43,676 nt of DNA from Octopus bimaculoides (lineage: Eukaryota): contig NC_068988.1 in assembly GCF_001194135.2 (NCBI RefSeq), positions 4,905,017-4,948,692 of the forward strand, read 5' to 3'. Shown here piece by piece: positions 11,979 to 24,741 of this stretch; position 1 is the stretch's first letter; each line of letters starts with the position of its first letter. The notes beneath the pieces are model-generated. The model did no database searches. It was not told where the DNA came from and saw only the letters and a list, made by a program, of their open reading frames with translations. Position numbers and translations under genes: made by a program.

Positions 11979-12757
11979 NNNNNNNNNNNNNNNNNNNNNN
12001 NNNNNNNNNNNNNNNNNNNNNNNNNNNNNNNNNNNNNNNNNNNNNNNNNNNNNNNNNNNNNNNNNNNNNNNNNNNNNNNNNNNNNNNNNNNNNNNNNNNN
12101 NNNNNNNNNNNNNNNNNNNNNNNNNNNNNNNNNNNNNNNNNNNNNNNNNNNNNNNNNNNNNNNNNNNNNNNNNNNNNNNNNNNNNNNNNNNNNNNNNNNN
12201 NNNNNNNNNNNNNNNNNNNNNNNNNNNNNNNNNNNNNNNNNNNNNNNNNNNNNNNNNNNNNNNNNNNNNNNNNNNNNNNNNNNNNNNNNNNNNNNNNNNN
12301 NNNNNNNNNNNNNNNNNNNNNNNNNNNNNNNNNNNNNNNNNNNNNNNNNNNNNNNNNNNNNNNNNNNNNNNNNNNNNNNNNNNNNNNNNNNNNNNNNNNN
12401 NNNNNNNNNNNNNNNNNNNNNNNNNNNNNNNNNNNNNNNNNNNNNNNNNNNNNNNNNNNNNNNNNNNNNNNNNNNNNNNNNNNNNNNNNNNNNNNNNNNN
12501 NNNNNNNNNNNNNNNNNNNNNNNNNNNNNNNNNNNNNNNNNNNNNNNNNNNNNNNNNNNNNNNNNNNNNNNNNNNNNNNNNNNNNNNNNNNNNNNNNNNN
12601 NNNNNNNNNNNNNNNNNNNNNNNNNNNNNNNNNNNNNNNNNNNNNNNNNNNNNNNNNNNNNNNNNNNNNNNNNNNNNNNNNNNNNNNNNNNNNNNNNNNN
12701 NNNAAACGCTCTAATTGGTCAAAACAACTTTATAACATTATTTACAGTTGACGGATA

Positions 12758-12801
12758 ATACAACATTTCGGCTGATATACCCTCCAGCCTTCATCAGGCA
12801 T
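12758..12801 (-). ncRNA. Second (inverted) minimal hammerhead core
   Basis: Minus strand reads augc-CUGAUGA-A-GGCUG-GAGGGUAUAU-CAGCC-GAAA-U-GUU-GUAU. Core and stem II are identical to the plus copy; there is a C>U change after GAAA; a 4-bp stem I is possible. Confidence 0.5.
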
Positions 12802-12866
12802 ATGGTGTAGTCGTTAAGAGCTCGGGCTACTAACCCCTAGATTCCGAGTTCGATTCCAGGCAGTGA

Positions 12867-12904
<38 letters not shown>

Positions 12905-12950
12905 TCGAAAAATACCTAAGGAATGAGAACCTAGGTTTGAAATTTCCCCA

Positions 12951-12998
12951 AGGCATCTGATGAAGGCTGGAGGGTATATCAGCCGAAACGTTGTGTTT
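12951..12998 (+). ncRNA. Minimal type I hammerhead ribozyme motif
   Basis: CUGAUGA (12957-63), extra A, stem II GGCUG/CAGCC around a 10-nt loop, GAAA (12985-88), then C-GUU (predicted cleavage after 12992). Stem I AGGCAU/GUGUUU has several G-U pairs. Palindromic AACGUU replaces helix III. Confidence 0.65.
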
Positions 12999-13619
12999 AC
13001 AACAAACAAGATGAGGACAAATATCCGTCAAATGTAAATAATGTACATAATTCCCCATCTCTTAAATATAAAACTGAACTTTATAACATTCCCATATCGA
13101 ACATAAATATATATTAGAACAACAGAGCATCCAATGGCAAAATCCAGTGGTATAAAATATATACATGCATCAACTCTCTGAACACCTGTTGCAAGAGGTG
13201 TCTATCGCTTCCATATCTGTGCTACCCATGTTTAACAGCACAATCAAGCTATGGCATTGCTTAAAATCGAGCTGCAGTCACCGTGTTATAGAAATATATA
13301 CATAGGTAGATAGGTACATTTATGTATATACATATATGTGTATGTATACATACCTCTGTATATATGTACATATATGGTTATATATGTGTATATACACGTG
13401 CGTGTCATATATACGCATATAGATAAAACCGCATACGCACACATGTTCGAGTGTGTATAAAACCGAGTCTTATGAAAACAGTATTTTTTTCTAATTTATG
13501 GAATATCTGTTGCATTTTCCATTCCTATAACACAATTGTTATCGCTTATCCGGCAAATAGTTCTGTGCGTGTGTTCAATCATGTGTGTGTGTGTGTGTGT
13601 ACATAAAGATATGTGCGTT

Positions 13620-13650
<31 letters not shown>

Positions 13651-15826
13651 ATGCATGCGTGTATGTATGTATGTATGTACACATACTAATCATAGTTTTA
13701 TAGTTGAACATGTTAAACGTAGTTGAGTTTTGTAGGACACGCACATTAATAACTTTTCGAAGATATTTATGTTTTTCTCATCTTGCCCACCAACGTTATT
13801 CCTGTGTACAGATGTAGTTACCATTTAGTTTCATAAATATTGTTGTTTGGTTATAAAGAGGATGCTATTCACTTGGCCAGGATAATTACAAATATCAGTG
13901 CAAAGAATTCTAACATCTTTCATCTTGTTTCTTTCATATGTTTAAATAATATAATTTTAGCTTTCCCTCAAGGTTTCGCTATCTGAAGAATTAATTGATA
14001 CTGACTTACACGGTTCATAGCATGAACTTCTATTTCTACATACAGAGAATTGGATTTGTTACTCTCTTCAATAAAGAGAACAAGCAATTAATGTTAGTAT
14101 AAAAATCGCCCAGCGACGAATTTACCCATGTGCTTTTATTCTAAGTTATCTTATCTACATTCCTTAAATCACAACTTTTTAAGGTACTACTGCCAGAAAA
14201 TGGAATACGTATCCAAGGAACCGAGATTAGCACTCACTCTTTAGCTACTTTCTATTCATTCGCCACTGATGGTTGCGAGTCAAGAAACGTCACAAACCCA
14301 TACTGTCTGATGGTCATTCGTTTATTCTTTATATACAGATTACTTTCGTGCAGAAACTACTCCATACAGTAGGAAAGCTTTTAGAAATACACATATAATT
14401 CAGTTACACACACATACACATGCGCGCGCGCATAAGTATTCTTGTTTCCAAGCATACTTTAGGAGTGATTTCGAATCCATACCTCTTGTATGGCTTTATA
14501 GTTAAGAAGAATAGAGTAAACGATTCTTCTTGACTGACATCCACATTGTTCCTTATTTATTATTTCCTCGTTGACGTCGCTTTTGTGGTTTTTATACCAT
14601 CAACTTGTAATATTAGGATGCACATTGTAAAGTGTTTCTAGTAAAAGGTAAGCTACAATTCATAAAACGTAATATTTCAATTATGGAGTAGCTTCCGATT
14701 TAATCATAATATATTTTCTGATATTACGTAGGATTTCAATGCACGCACTGTGATAGGCACTTTTAATCTCTATACTATATGGATATGCGTTTCTGTTTCA
14801 AATAAATCGATATTTATGTTCTTCCACTATTGCATACATATCAAAATGTAAGCTGTAAGCAAATAAAGACCAACTCGTTTAGTTAAGAGCTATGTAATCT
14901 AAATGTTTACTGGAAGCATGCAAATGTATAGAAATACAAATATATATGAATATGTTAACGAAACATATTTGAAAATTGAAATATTAGTCAGAGATTTGGA
15001 GGGTTTGACATGTAAGAGAGTCGCTAGCTATTGTCTCAGTGAAAGTTGTTTATCGCCTTGATTAGTAGCCAACTTCTGTATCTGTATGCATCGACCGGAA
15101 TCGATTTTAAAATAGACAAAATGAAATACAATCTAATATATCTCTGACATTGTTCGATAATATCAGAAATGAAATTTTTTATTACAATTAATTTTATTAC
15201 AAAACAAAATACACATATAACTGATGTTACTATTAGCCCCTGATTTCATCCTCGCAGAAGCAATAGCAATACTGAAATATCCTATCGTTAATAGCTTTAC
15301 TGTAAAATTATGTCATAACGGATTATATACAAGCTAGCAGAATTTAACATAACGAAAATGGGTAATTTCAAAGATGACAACTTTAATTTAAAAAATAAAT
15401 AAATGGACCATTCATAGAGTATCTCATGTGATATCAGGTTGACGAGAATAAGTATTGTACCCAGAGAGGAAAACATATCTACTTATTTTGTGTAAAATTC
15501 CCGCCTTATTCAATGCATTAACACTTATCACTGTTGATCGTCGTGCCGTATGCCATTTCTCTAATTGATTCTGTATGAAAATACAGTTTCTTCAATTAAC
15601 TTTGCCATTACTCTGGAATCAAGAATCGAATGTTTACTTCAGTTCATTCTAGTTCCATCTGAACTTCCACGGCCATTCAGTCGACTCGATATGTGCAAAG
15701 AATATTCTAATGACACCGAATAATCGATATTTTTGTTTCTAACATTTTACTGTTTTATTTTCTTTCACGCATAAGACTTTAGTGATAGATCAAACAAGAA
15801 ACAAAAAACACACACTTATCATATAT

Positions 15827-15827
<1 letters not shown>

Positions 15828-15915
<88 letters not shown>
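15828..15915. repeat. (AG)n microsatellite
   Basis: Direct. Confidence 0.99.
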
Positions 15916-15919
<4 letters not shown>

Positions 15920-16553
15920 AGTATATATATATATATATATGTATACATAGAGTGAGACAGATAAGAGAAGAAATAGAATAACAATTAACAATTAGCAGTT
16001 GATCATTGGTATTAAATGGTCATAGTTTAATTGTAGTTAAAATAACATTGTTGCTTCAGTTTGTTATTCTTGAGGTAAACTTGCATTTATCTCGTTCCAT
16101 GTAATAAACCTCGTCAGAATGATTTGGACTTTATCAGAGGAATATTGACAGGAGAACGAAGGTTGACAGGGGGAAAATGGAAAAAAAATTCATTAAGTCT
16201 TTAGGCTTACATTCTTGTGTCCTTTGTGCCCCCTACGGATACATTTAACCCTTAGATAACCTCTAACTCATAATATANNNNNNNNNNNNNNNNNNNNNNN
16301 NNNNNNNNNNNNNNNNNNNNNNNNNNNNNNNNNNNNNNNNNNNNNNNNNNNNNNNNNNNNNNNNNNNNNNNNNNNNNNNNNNNNNNNNNNNNNNNNNNNN
16401 NNNNNNNNNNNNNNNNNNNNNNNNNNNNNTATATATATAAGTAATTCGGTCAGCCACAACAAAACTGATTGAAACTACGCCGGCCAATTTCATCAGAGAT
16501 ATACATATTAAATGCCTCTGTCTGCTTCCATTTTACGCCCCCCATATACATAC

Positions 16554-16618
16554 CTTTGTCAGTTCGGTCAAACACGCTCTCAGCACACCCTTCATCTAAT
16601 CTCTCGCCTTCATGTGAA
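16554..16618 (-). CDS. Putative 65-nt coding exon (phase 2 to 1), SHEGERLDEGCAESVFDRTDK
   Basis: Donor AAG|gtatgt; acceptor atatacag| with a CTGAC branch-point-like motif ~20 nt upstream. 21 open codons (part of track ORF 16450..16668). Joins in frame to 9917-9994. Confidence 0.7.
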
Positions 16619-17107
16619 CTGTATATTGGTGGTGCACAAGTCAGTTTCCTAGTTCTTTTTATGATCATATGTGTGCATGTTTCTATGTATATATATATAT
16701 ATATATATAATATAAATATATGCTGTTATATGAACATGATCAAACGATGAATAAACTCGCGTCTAATTTATTAATTCATTACTTATTCATTTATTAATTA
16801 TGCACATTTTCATTATCAGCTGGTTATTCTTATCCCCTCGCTACATTACTGGTAGCATCTACGTAATTACGCTTATAAACGTGTAGTGAATAATAAACCT
16901 TCATACTCTTCTCAGAATTGGTTTCAAATTTTCGCACAAAGCTTGAAATCCTTCAAGTTGACACAAGATCTAATTTGGGTTATGTTTATATTTTCTCAAA
17001 ATCCTCTTTAGCATTTCTCAACGAAAATGGATCCCTGTAAATAAAAAATCTTACAGATAAACAACTGCATTTGCTGTTCATTTTCTTCTAACTCCAAACT
17101 ACACACA

Positions 17108-17183
<76 letters not shown>

Positions 17184-17499
17184 CACACACGCACGCACAC
17201 TCAAACATTTTCTCAGAAGCTCATTCCCCATTTCACCTCTTTGTTAATACGAGTGCAACGAAAAGACCTTCTCTGACGCTGTTCGTACAATTATCTTCTA
17301 ACAGTTTATTTATTGCCTGAAAATGCTTTAGCCCCTATATATTTTTTATTAATTCTAACAAATTGATTCCATTTTGTGGAAGTAAAATACGGTGTAGATC
17401 ATTATCAAAGAGAAAAACCCTCAAGAATTTTCACATACAACGTAAACCATGATTCTCGGCCCAGCAACTTGAAACATTCGAAGTTGATGTAGACAGTCC

Positions 17500-18600
17500 T
17501 AAACGGCCATTTCCTTTATAGTTAACCATGGAGCTTTTTTTTCCATTCTCAGTGACCACATGTACGCTCTCCTCTCACAAATGTTACACTAGCCTTGTTC
17601 GTTCGTGCTACAGATACAAGACTTTCTGCTAAAGCAAAGATGCAATACTTGCCACGTGACAATTATTGGCTGGTTCTGATATGAGAATGTCCATCTATTG
17701 CGTTTCTTCATATCTCATTATTTGAAGACGTCGTTTCATCATAGACTGTCTTTCGACGCTTATACTAACACGGATTTATTTCCCTCTAATTCTGTAAAAT
17801 ATGCGCAACTATTCGGCATCTTACACACTAACCTCTCTTAAAACGGTACCCACTTTCAATCTTCCCTAACATTCCAACATGTCGTCCAGGCTCTTCACAT
17901 AATAACACTTCGTCTCCAAACAGAGAACTCCAAAAGAATCCTTCAATTTAAACAAGGTAATCTAGTTGTCTCCTTAAACTGCGCCAAGAAACAAATGTAT
18001 CAATGAATAAGTATGAAACTTTATTATCGATATACAAGTGTGGCTTCTCAAACTCAGGCTGACATTACGTGATGTATAAAATGAGAAAACCATATCCCAG
18101 ATACTTGTTCTCCTTAAGGTCAATTTTGACCAGTTGTTGACGATTTAGAAACCTCATGTACACTTCCCATAATGCTGTTCAAATATCTACTGTAATACAG
18201 CTACAAACACAAAACCCTTAGGCCACATTTATCAAATGACCATCTTGTGGATTGACTAGTACTTCATCACCCACACTTCGCAGCCACTAACCAAGAACGC
18301 GCTTATTATTCTCTTTCTGGCAAATCGTTTCTACAAGATCCTCTAATCTTATACACCTGCAAACAGATGACAATCCCAATTCTATTTCGTCATCTATATT
18401 GTATCTCCGCCTCTTAAATTCTAAAGCAAACAGTTAACCCAATCACATTTCCACAAATCCCTCTTCGATTCTCTTGCAGTCTTTTCCTGAAGCTAAGGAA
18501 ATTGCCCATCTCAAAAGAACAGACATCACATGCCATCCATTAACCATATAAATGTAAATAAGTGTTGGTAGTCTGCTTATGAAATTTTACACAAATTACG
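17500..18600 (-). pseudogene. Highly decayed RTE-like LINE RT/post-RT fragment
   Basis: Minus-strand remnants KYLGY and SWRSLRRQL and a degenerate YGSETW-like segment, in collinear order. No long ORF. Confidence 0.4.
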
Positions 18601-18837
18601 AACAGTGGTCGATGCTCCTCTGACTATACTGTGAAAAATTAGCAAGAAGTAAAAGTTATACAACTAGATCACCAACGCAACACATCTCTTGTTTCTCACT
18701 TTTCTCTTTACAANNNNNNNNNNNNNNNNNNNNNNNNNNNNNNNNNNNNNNNNNNNNNNNNNNNNNNNNNNNNNNNNNNNNNNNNNNNNNNNNNNNNNNN
18801 NNNNNNNNNNNNNNNNNNNNNNNNNNNNNNNNNNNNN

Positions 18838-18886
<49 letters not shown>

Positions 18887-20567
18887 CGTGTACGTGTGTG
18901 TATGTACGTGAGTGTGTGAGTGTGCGTGTGTGAGTGTGCATGTGAGTGTGCGTGTGCGTGTGTGCGAGGGTGTGTTTGTGTGTGTGCGAGTGTGTGTGTA
19001 AATGTGATGCTATCAATGATTTTACAGATGTAATGTAATGTTCTATTTGAAGAAAGGGCATTGATTTATCACATTTATATGCTGAGGTCACGAAAAGAAT
19101 GTAATTGAAAAATATTAAATTTATTTCTATAATTAAACATCAAGCAACAATTTTAGAGAGGCTAAATTAAAGAATAGACAATCGAATATATATTTATGAT
19201 GGTGTCTTTTTATTCGAGGCTACAGATAAAAATTGATAGAATCCGAGATGATGATTAGCAGCATGAGTACAGCAACTAGTTATCTGTTAACTGAATGACA
19301 ATTACGGTAGCGATGGAGATCGATAAAGGAACGGTTTTATTGTTTAAAGGGGGGAACAGAACAAATGAGAAGAGTAGGAGGAGAGATAGTGACAATTAAA
19401 GAGAGGGGCAAACGAAGAACAGCGACGAAAAGGAATAACGAGAGTAGAGAATGAAATTATTACAGTGTCTGTGGCGATTGCTACCATTCCTATTTAGGTT
19501 GATCTCATTCTAATTATCCGCTATTAGAATAAAAAAAGTGACGTCTCTTCCTGTTATCTTTAATCTCTGACACTCACTCCACTATCACGATGACCTGATT
19601 TGATCTTATCTTTTCATTACAAAAGATCTCATAAAACCAAAAAGCTTAATATTAAATGATGGAAAACAATAGACGTGATGATTCAACAATTTTGATCTGC
19701 GAGGAAAAAATAAAAGAGAATTTTTTTTTTATAATCTATATAAAATCTCTTAAAATTGACCGGGATTAAAATTTTTTAAAAATACAAAATGAATTAAAAG
19801 GAAAAATCACCGATAGGGATTGTTAAATATAATATAATACATTAAACACACAAACATATGCATTCATGTAAGTGTGGGTGTGTATGTGTGTTTTCAGCTT
19901 TTAGGCATACGACGATAGAGCAGAGCATTGAGTCCTTGAGCCAAGCAGCTACCTTCATCTTGTGCAAGGCTATTAATCTACAGAGAGTACCACGTTTTCT
20001 CTCCTTCCAGTGGAGACATTCTCGCTGTTCCGCTGGGTAGACTGTAGGAGAGCTGAGAATGTGTTTCTACTCGCGACAACACAGGCATCAAGAAACAATT
20101 AGCAAAAATATGGCACGTGTCATCAAGCCGTTCTCACCAGCAATGACATTTGCTAAACAGGTGTCTATGTGTGTGGCGACATACAAAGTCAAGTCACAAA
20201 ATCCTCCGGTAAATCGCGTCCCACCCACTGTAAAACATCATGTTTTGCTGGTATGTTGATATCTGGTTGATATGTGCGTGGGAGAGGCGTATTCTTGCCC
20301 GCGATTCAACAGAAACGCTGTGGCCATACTGGAACATTATATATATGTATATATATATATATATATATANNNNNNNNNNNNNNNNNNNTATACATATATA
20401 TATGTATGTATATAAACTGTTATATTTATTATGATATATTTATACTTAAACATATTTACATATTTTTAATACAACAATTATTCTACACATGTATATATCT
20501 TTCTGATGAATTTTCTAGTATTGATTTCCTGATATCAATAACAATATATTATAATATATTATTTTAT

Positions 20568-20611
<44 letters not shown>

Positions 20612-21560
20612 GTCTTCTTGCACCAAATTCACACCACCGAGTCATTTGACTAACCTCATTATTTTCCCTATGGAAAGTACTGTATATCAAACATTTTGTA
20701 TACATGAATAGGGGAGGGGGTGTCTGGGATACTCAACCATTTACAAGCTAATTCAATAAGTTTGCTAGTTTAGTTGATCAAACAACTTTTCACTAATAAT
20801 TGAAGATCTGTCCGCGATACGTGTGTGTGAGAGAGACAGTTTGTGTATGTGTGTATAGAAATACATACACAAAATGGAGACGAACAGCATTCCACCATGT
20901 GATCGAGTTGACGAATTAAGATATTTTTCTTAACATGTAGCCAATGGTAGCCTTAATACACAAATAAAGAAATATTCTCCACCAATGTAGTGTTGAGCAC
21001 TCATTCAGGTCGTTCCACATTTACATGTGTGTGTGTGCGCACAAGCACAAGCATATATACATGTGCATTTTGAGGATTAATTTATTTCTTGTTTGTGTGA
21101 GTTCCCTGCACGAAAACAGGGGCTATCACAGACTGATGTGAAGAAATCAAGGTTTTGGATTTGCCGGAGGCAATCTTGATGTTCTATTATGTATGTAAAT
21201 CTTAAAATGTTATACATCCGTTGTAATTTTACGCTCATACAGATATCGTTATGACGCTATTCTAGAATGTAACACGATAATGTTTCTCTTCATTTATTTT
21301 TCCTTTAGAAATAAGAACGTTAGCTGCAGCAACTACTTCCCTGTTTACTCATGAAATTGGATCTCCATCCGAGCAGATAATTTTCTTAATTTTATAAATT
21401 CAAGAACTTATATATTTAATGAAATATTCTATCGCCTACACATCGTTACTAACTATCTGCTGGGATTTATTTGTAAAACAAATTACTCCAGGACGTCTTA
21501 ACCCTTTTGTCATGCAGAATATCTTTGTGTGTGTGTGAATACACACGTATCTATATATAA

Positions 21561-21690
21561 GCATCAGGAAGGGTACCTAGCCGTAAAATCAGAACCACAC
21601 CTGCCAAAGCAGACACGGGAGCAAAATGCAATTATTGCATTCTGACAATCCTTCTTACTCATGCCAACTTAAAACATGGAATGACGATTG
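21561..21690 (+). mobile_element. SINE 3' fragment (family D)
   Basis: gcatcaggaagggtacctagccgtaaaa...catgccaac..catgga motif order, recalled as a common cephalopod SINE tail; not verified by search. Confidence 0.45.
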
Positions 21691-21699
21691 TGTGCGCGC

Positions 21700-22350
21700 G
21701 TGTTCGTGGTATGTGTATCCCCATTCTCCTCTCTTTATGGGAGGTCTTTCTTTCTTAGCATATGATGCTGGAAATTTGTTTATACCCTGATCTTGTGCCT
21801 CTTCTCTCCTTGCGTCTGAGAAAGAACCTGTCAATAACACTATTACTGGGGAAACTTTCATCTGGTATTGTTTTTCAGCTTAAAATCCCTGTCTTATAGG
21901 ATGCTAGAACAGGATTAAGAACACAGCTACCTTCCTCATGTGCTTTGTCTAATCTAAATCCCCATTAGTGTTATAATTTCCAGTAACACTAACCAGTTTT
22001 CGAATTCCTAGATGTATCGAACCAAGTTTCAGTGATGACCAATTAAAATGGTTAAGCACCAGTGCCAAAGTTGTTGTGAGTCGTCCATATTTATTATGGA
22101 AAGAACAAGTTTGGAATGATTTACAAACAAAAATACTTATTTCCCTCACCAAATTTTATTCTGGTGTCGGTGAATAATTGGTTAATGAGAACCTTACTAC
22201 TTTTTGATTTTTTTTTAATGTTTGGCCAGTTGAGGTTCAGATCTTCTATAAAAGGAAACAGTAAGAGCTACGTTGAGATTCCTTTTGTTAAACCATTATG
22301 TTTTGTGAGCAGGTATGATAACGAGTTTAACGAGAGAAACTCCCTTTTAT
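21700..22350 (-). pseudogene. Decayed R4/Dong-like LINE reverse-transcriptase fragment
   Basis: Minus-strand translations in the expected order: FLSLNSLSYLLTKHNG, FIEDLNL (degenerate (F/Y)xDDLKL), LINQLFTDTRIKFGE, IRKLVSVTGNYNTNGDLD. Multiple stops and deletions. Confidence 0.65.
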
Positions 22351-23455
22351 AAATTTCTGTTTTTTGCGAAGTTATTTCCTGTGTTAAGAATCTAAATGTT
22401 TCCTCGTAGAAATAAACCTTTTTTTTAAGTTTGTGGCCAACCTACATCTTAACATATCTTGATTATGTAGTTTCAGCTGCCTACAACGTGATCACTGACA
22501 TATATCAGCAGATTTATAACCTCCTATGATGATTTGATGCTACCTGATTAGGTTCCTTTTACGTAATTTACGGCTTTTTGGTTCTTTCTGACTGTTCTAA
22601 TAGTGAAGACGCTTTCTTCATATCTACTTGAAGGTGTATCTTTCAGGTTAATGTTTTTTACCTGCTGCATGTAACTTAACCTCCCAAATCACTTATACAC
22701 AGTTAAAAAGATTTCGGTATTTCTGTGTTCCTTTAGGGACACAATGAATTTCAGATGAATTGTCACTGACCACGAGACACCATATTTGCTGCATAGCTAA
22801 CCTCCAACCAACATCACTCGTATTACTCCTTGTACACAGTTGTTGGCAGTTGCAGCGGTTGTTACTGTGGCTTGCATCACTATTTCAATCTCTGTTTACG
22901 GGAAAGTTTTCACTTGTGTTGTTTTTTACTGTCACATAAATCAGTTTAAGTTTAAATAATAAGCAAAAAGTTTTCGGTATTGCTTGTGTTTGATATTCCA
23001 GAGTTGTCATTCTGCGCATAAAACTAAATGGTTTTACATCAGATGACACTCAAGATCCTATATATATTCTATGATTATTATTCGTAATTAGATGAAAAAT
23101 ATTTATTCTTTTGGCCATAATGCCTGCCTAGTGAACTATTAACTTGTCTTTTGAAGGCGATGATGTACTTATAGAAGTTCCTTCAAATTACCATCACAAA
23201 TTTAAAATTATTCAGTTTGACTTTCTTGTTTTAGTTCAACAATTGGATCTAAATACTTAGCTTAGTTACCGTACGGCATGGAATGTTTGTGACTGAGTTC
23301 TTTTTCAGTAAATAATGTTAATGTAATAAGCGCTGATAAATGTGTTGAAATATTCATATGTTAACTTAGCTGCCTTTTATCGCTCAGTATTTCCATAGTA
23401 GGGTCTGCTATAATTACATACTTATGGATACTTAACTGACGAACACTGATGCTAT

Positions 23456-23596
23456 GTTTACAACCACATGGTTTCGGGTTCAGTCTCATTGCATGGCATC
23501 TTCGGTAAGTGCCCTCTACTATAGCTTAGGGTCGACCAAAGCTTTCTGAGTGGATTTGGTAGACGGAAACTGAAAGAAGCCCGTCGTATGTATGTG

Positions 23597-23631
<35 letters not shown>

Positions 23632-23799
23632 GTTTGTCCTCTACTTTCGCTTGACTGATGCTGGTATATTTACGCCCTGTAACTTAACGGTAGGATAAGT
23701 ACTTGATTTACAAAACAATTCCTGGAGACGATTTCTTCAACGAAAACTCTTTAACGTAGTGCTCCAGCTTGGCCGCAGTCAAATGACTGAAACAAGCAA

Positions 23800-23805
<6 letters not shown>
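23456..23805 (+). mobile_element. SINE family B copy with internal (TCTG)n
   Basis: accacatggtttcgggttcagtc...ggtagacggaaactgaaagaagcccgtcg...gtgctccagcttggccgcagtcaaatgactgaaacaag. Confidence 0.9.
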
Positions 23806-23837
<32 letters not shown>

Positions 23838-24308
23838 GTTTATATATTTGTATAGTATAAAATTTCTGCGTTATATTTCAAAGCTACATCAGTTCTCTAT
23901 TATATTCCTGCCCATGTCAAGTACAGTTTGAAACATAATTTTATAAAATAAACACTCGTCCACTTTTCATATGACATTAATTCATAGCAAGAAATTTTCT
24001 CGTTTTCTGAGTTTATTCTCCACGATATTCCGATGTTTAAAAGCCAATATACAAAATATAATACGAGTGATTAGATGTAAAGTGGTGACGGATCACGCCG
24101 AGGATAATCCCAACTGTGAGCAAAAATAAAAAAGACAATACAACATCCGCCCACACGCACAATAACTCCATTGTATCAAAATAACGCCAATAAACAAACC
24201 TTAAACAAAAAAAAGTAATCTTTCAAAATTTCAAATCTTTGTTTTGTATTTTGAAGGTTACATGATGTGTGTGTGCGTATTTATGCGCCCACATATATGC
24301 TTGGAAGA

Positions 24309-24394
<86 letters not shown>

Positions 24395-24437
24395 TACACT
24401 TACACAGACATGTATGCCAAAATACACACACGTTTAC

Positions 24438-24588
24438 GTAAATGATAGACAGGCAGTAGATAATAACTGTTGACTCCCGCTCGATATTTCTGATTCTCGT
24501 GATCTTTCGCGTTGTTTCATTTCTTCATTCAGAGGCCAAAAGCCAGAAGAAAGTGTTTGTCTCTCAATGATTTTTTTTTCCAGAGTTA
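24438..24588 (-). CDS. Alternative candidate bridging exon (phase 1 to 2), VTLEKKIIERQTLSSGFWPLNEEMKQRERSRESEISSGSQQLLSTACLSF
   Basis: Acceptor gattttaatag|, donor AC|gtaaac (weak). 49 open codons; its phases link 40541-40621 directly to 16554-16618. Confidence 0.3.
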
Positions 24589-24741
24589 CTATTAAAATCA
24601 CACATTCCATCAGATAATGATCGGTTCAGAGGTGGTTGTTGTTGCTGTCGTCTTATGGTTTGTAGGTTTTGTGTTTGTTCATTTGGTGAGGCGGGCGCTG
24701 TTTTTCTTTCCACTTCCATTATGCTGGGTTTGGCAAAGTTT
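24564..24741 (-). CDS. Candidate exon (phase-2 start), NFAKPSIMEVERKTAPASPNEQTQNLQTIRRQQQQPPLNRSLSDGMCDFNSNSGKKNH*
   Basis: Pyrimidine-rich acceptor region ending gatccgctag|. 58 open codons with a protein-like Q/P/S-rich composition; phase compatible with the 31383-31428 donor. Confidence 0.4.

Larger units (their letters stand above)
12740..13076 (+). mobile_element. Non-autonomous retroelement with tRNA-like head, (AAT)n tract, hammerhead-bearing Penelope-like 3' region and an inverted 5' arm
   Basis: Perfect 14-bp direct repeat aactttataacatt at 12726-12739 and 13077-13090 (TSD). Internal inverted repeat 12736-12797 versus 12957-13043. A-box-like TGGTGTAGTCG (12803-12813) and B-box GTTCGATTC (12848-12856). 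(AAT)n at 12871-12903. Confidence 0.8.

Noticed and set aside
12797-12868. Possible tRNA gene (anticodon ACT)
   Set aside because: The T-stem has mismatches, no acceptor stem or poly-T terminator is evident, and it lies within a TSD-flanked element; treated as a SINE-type head.
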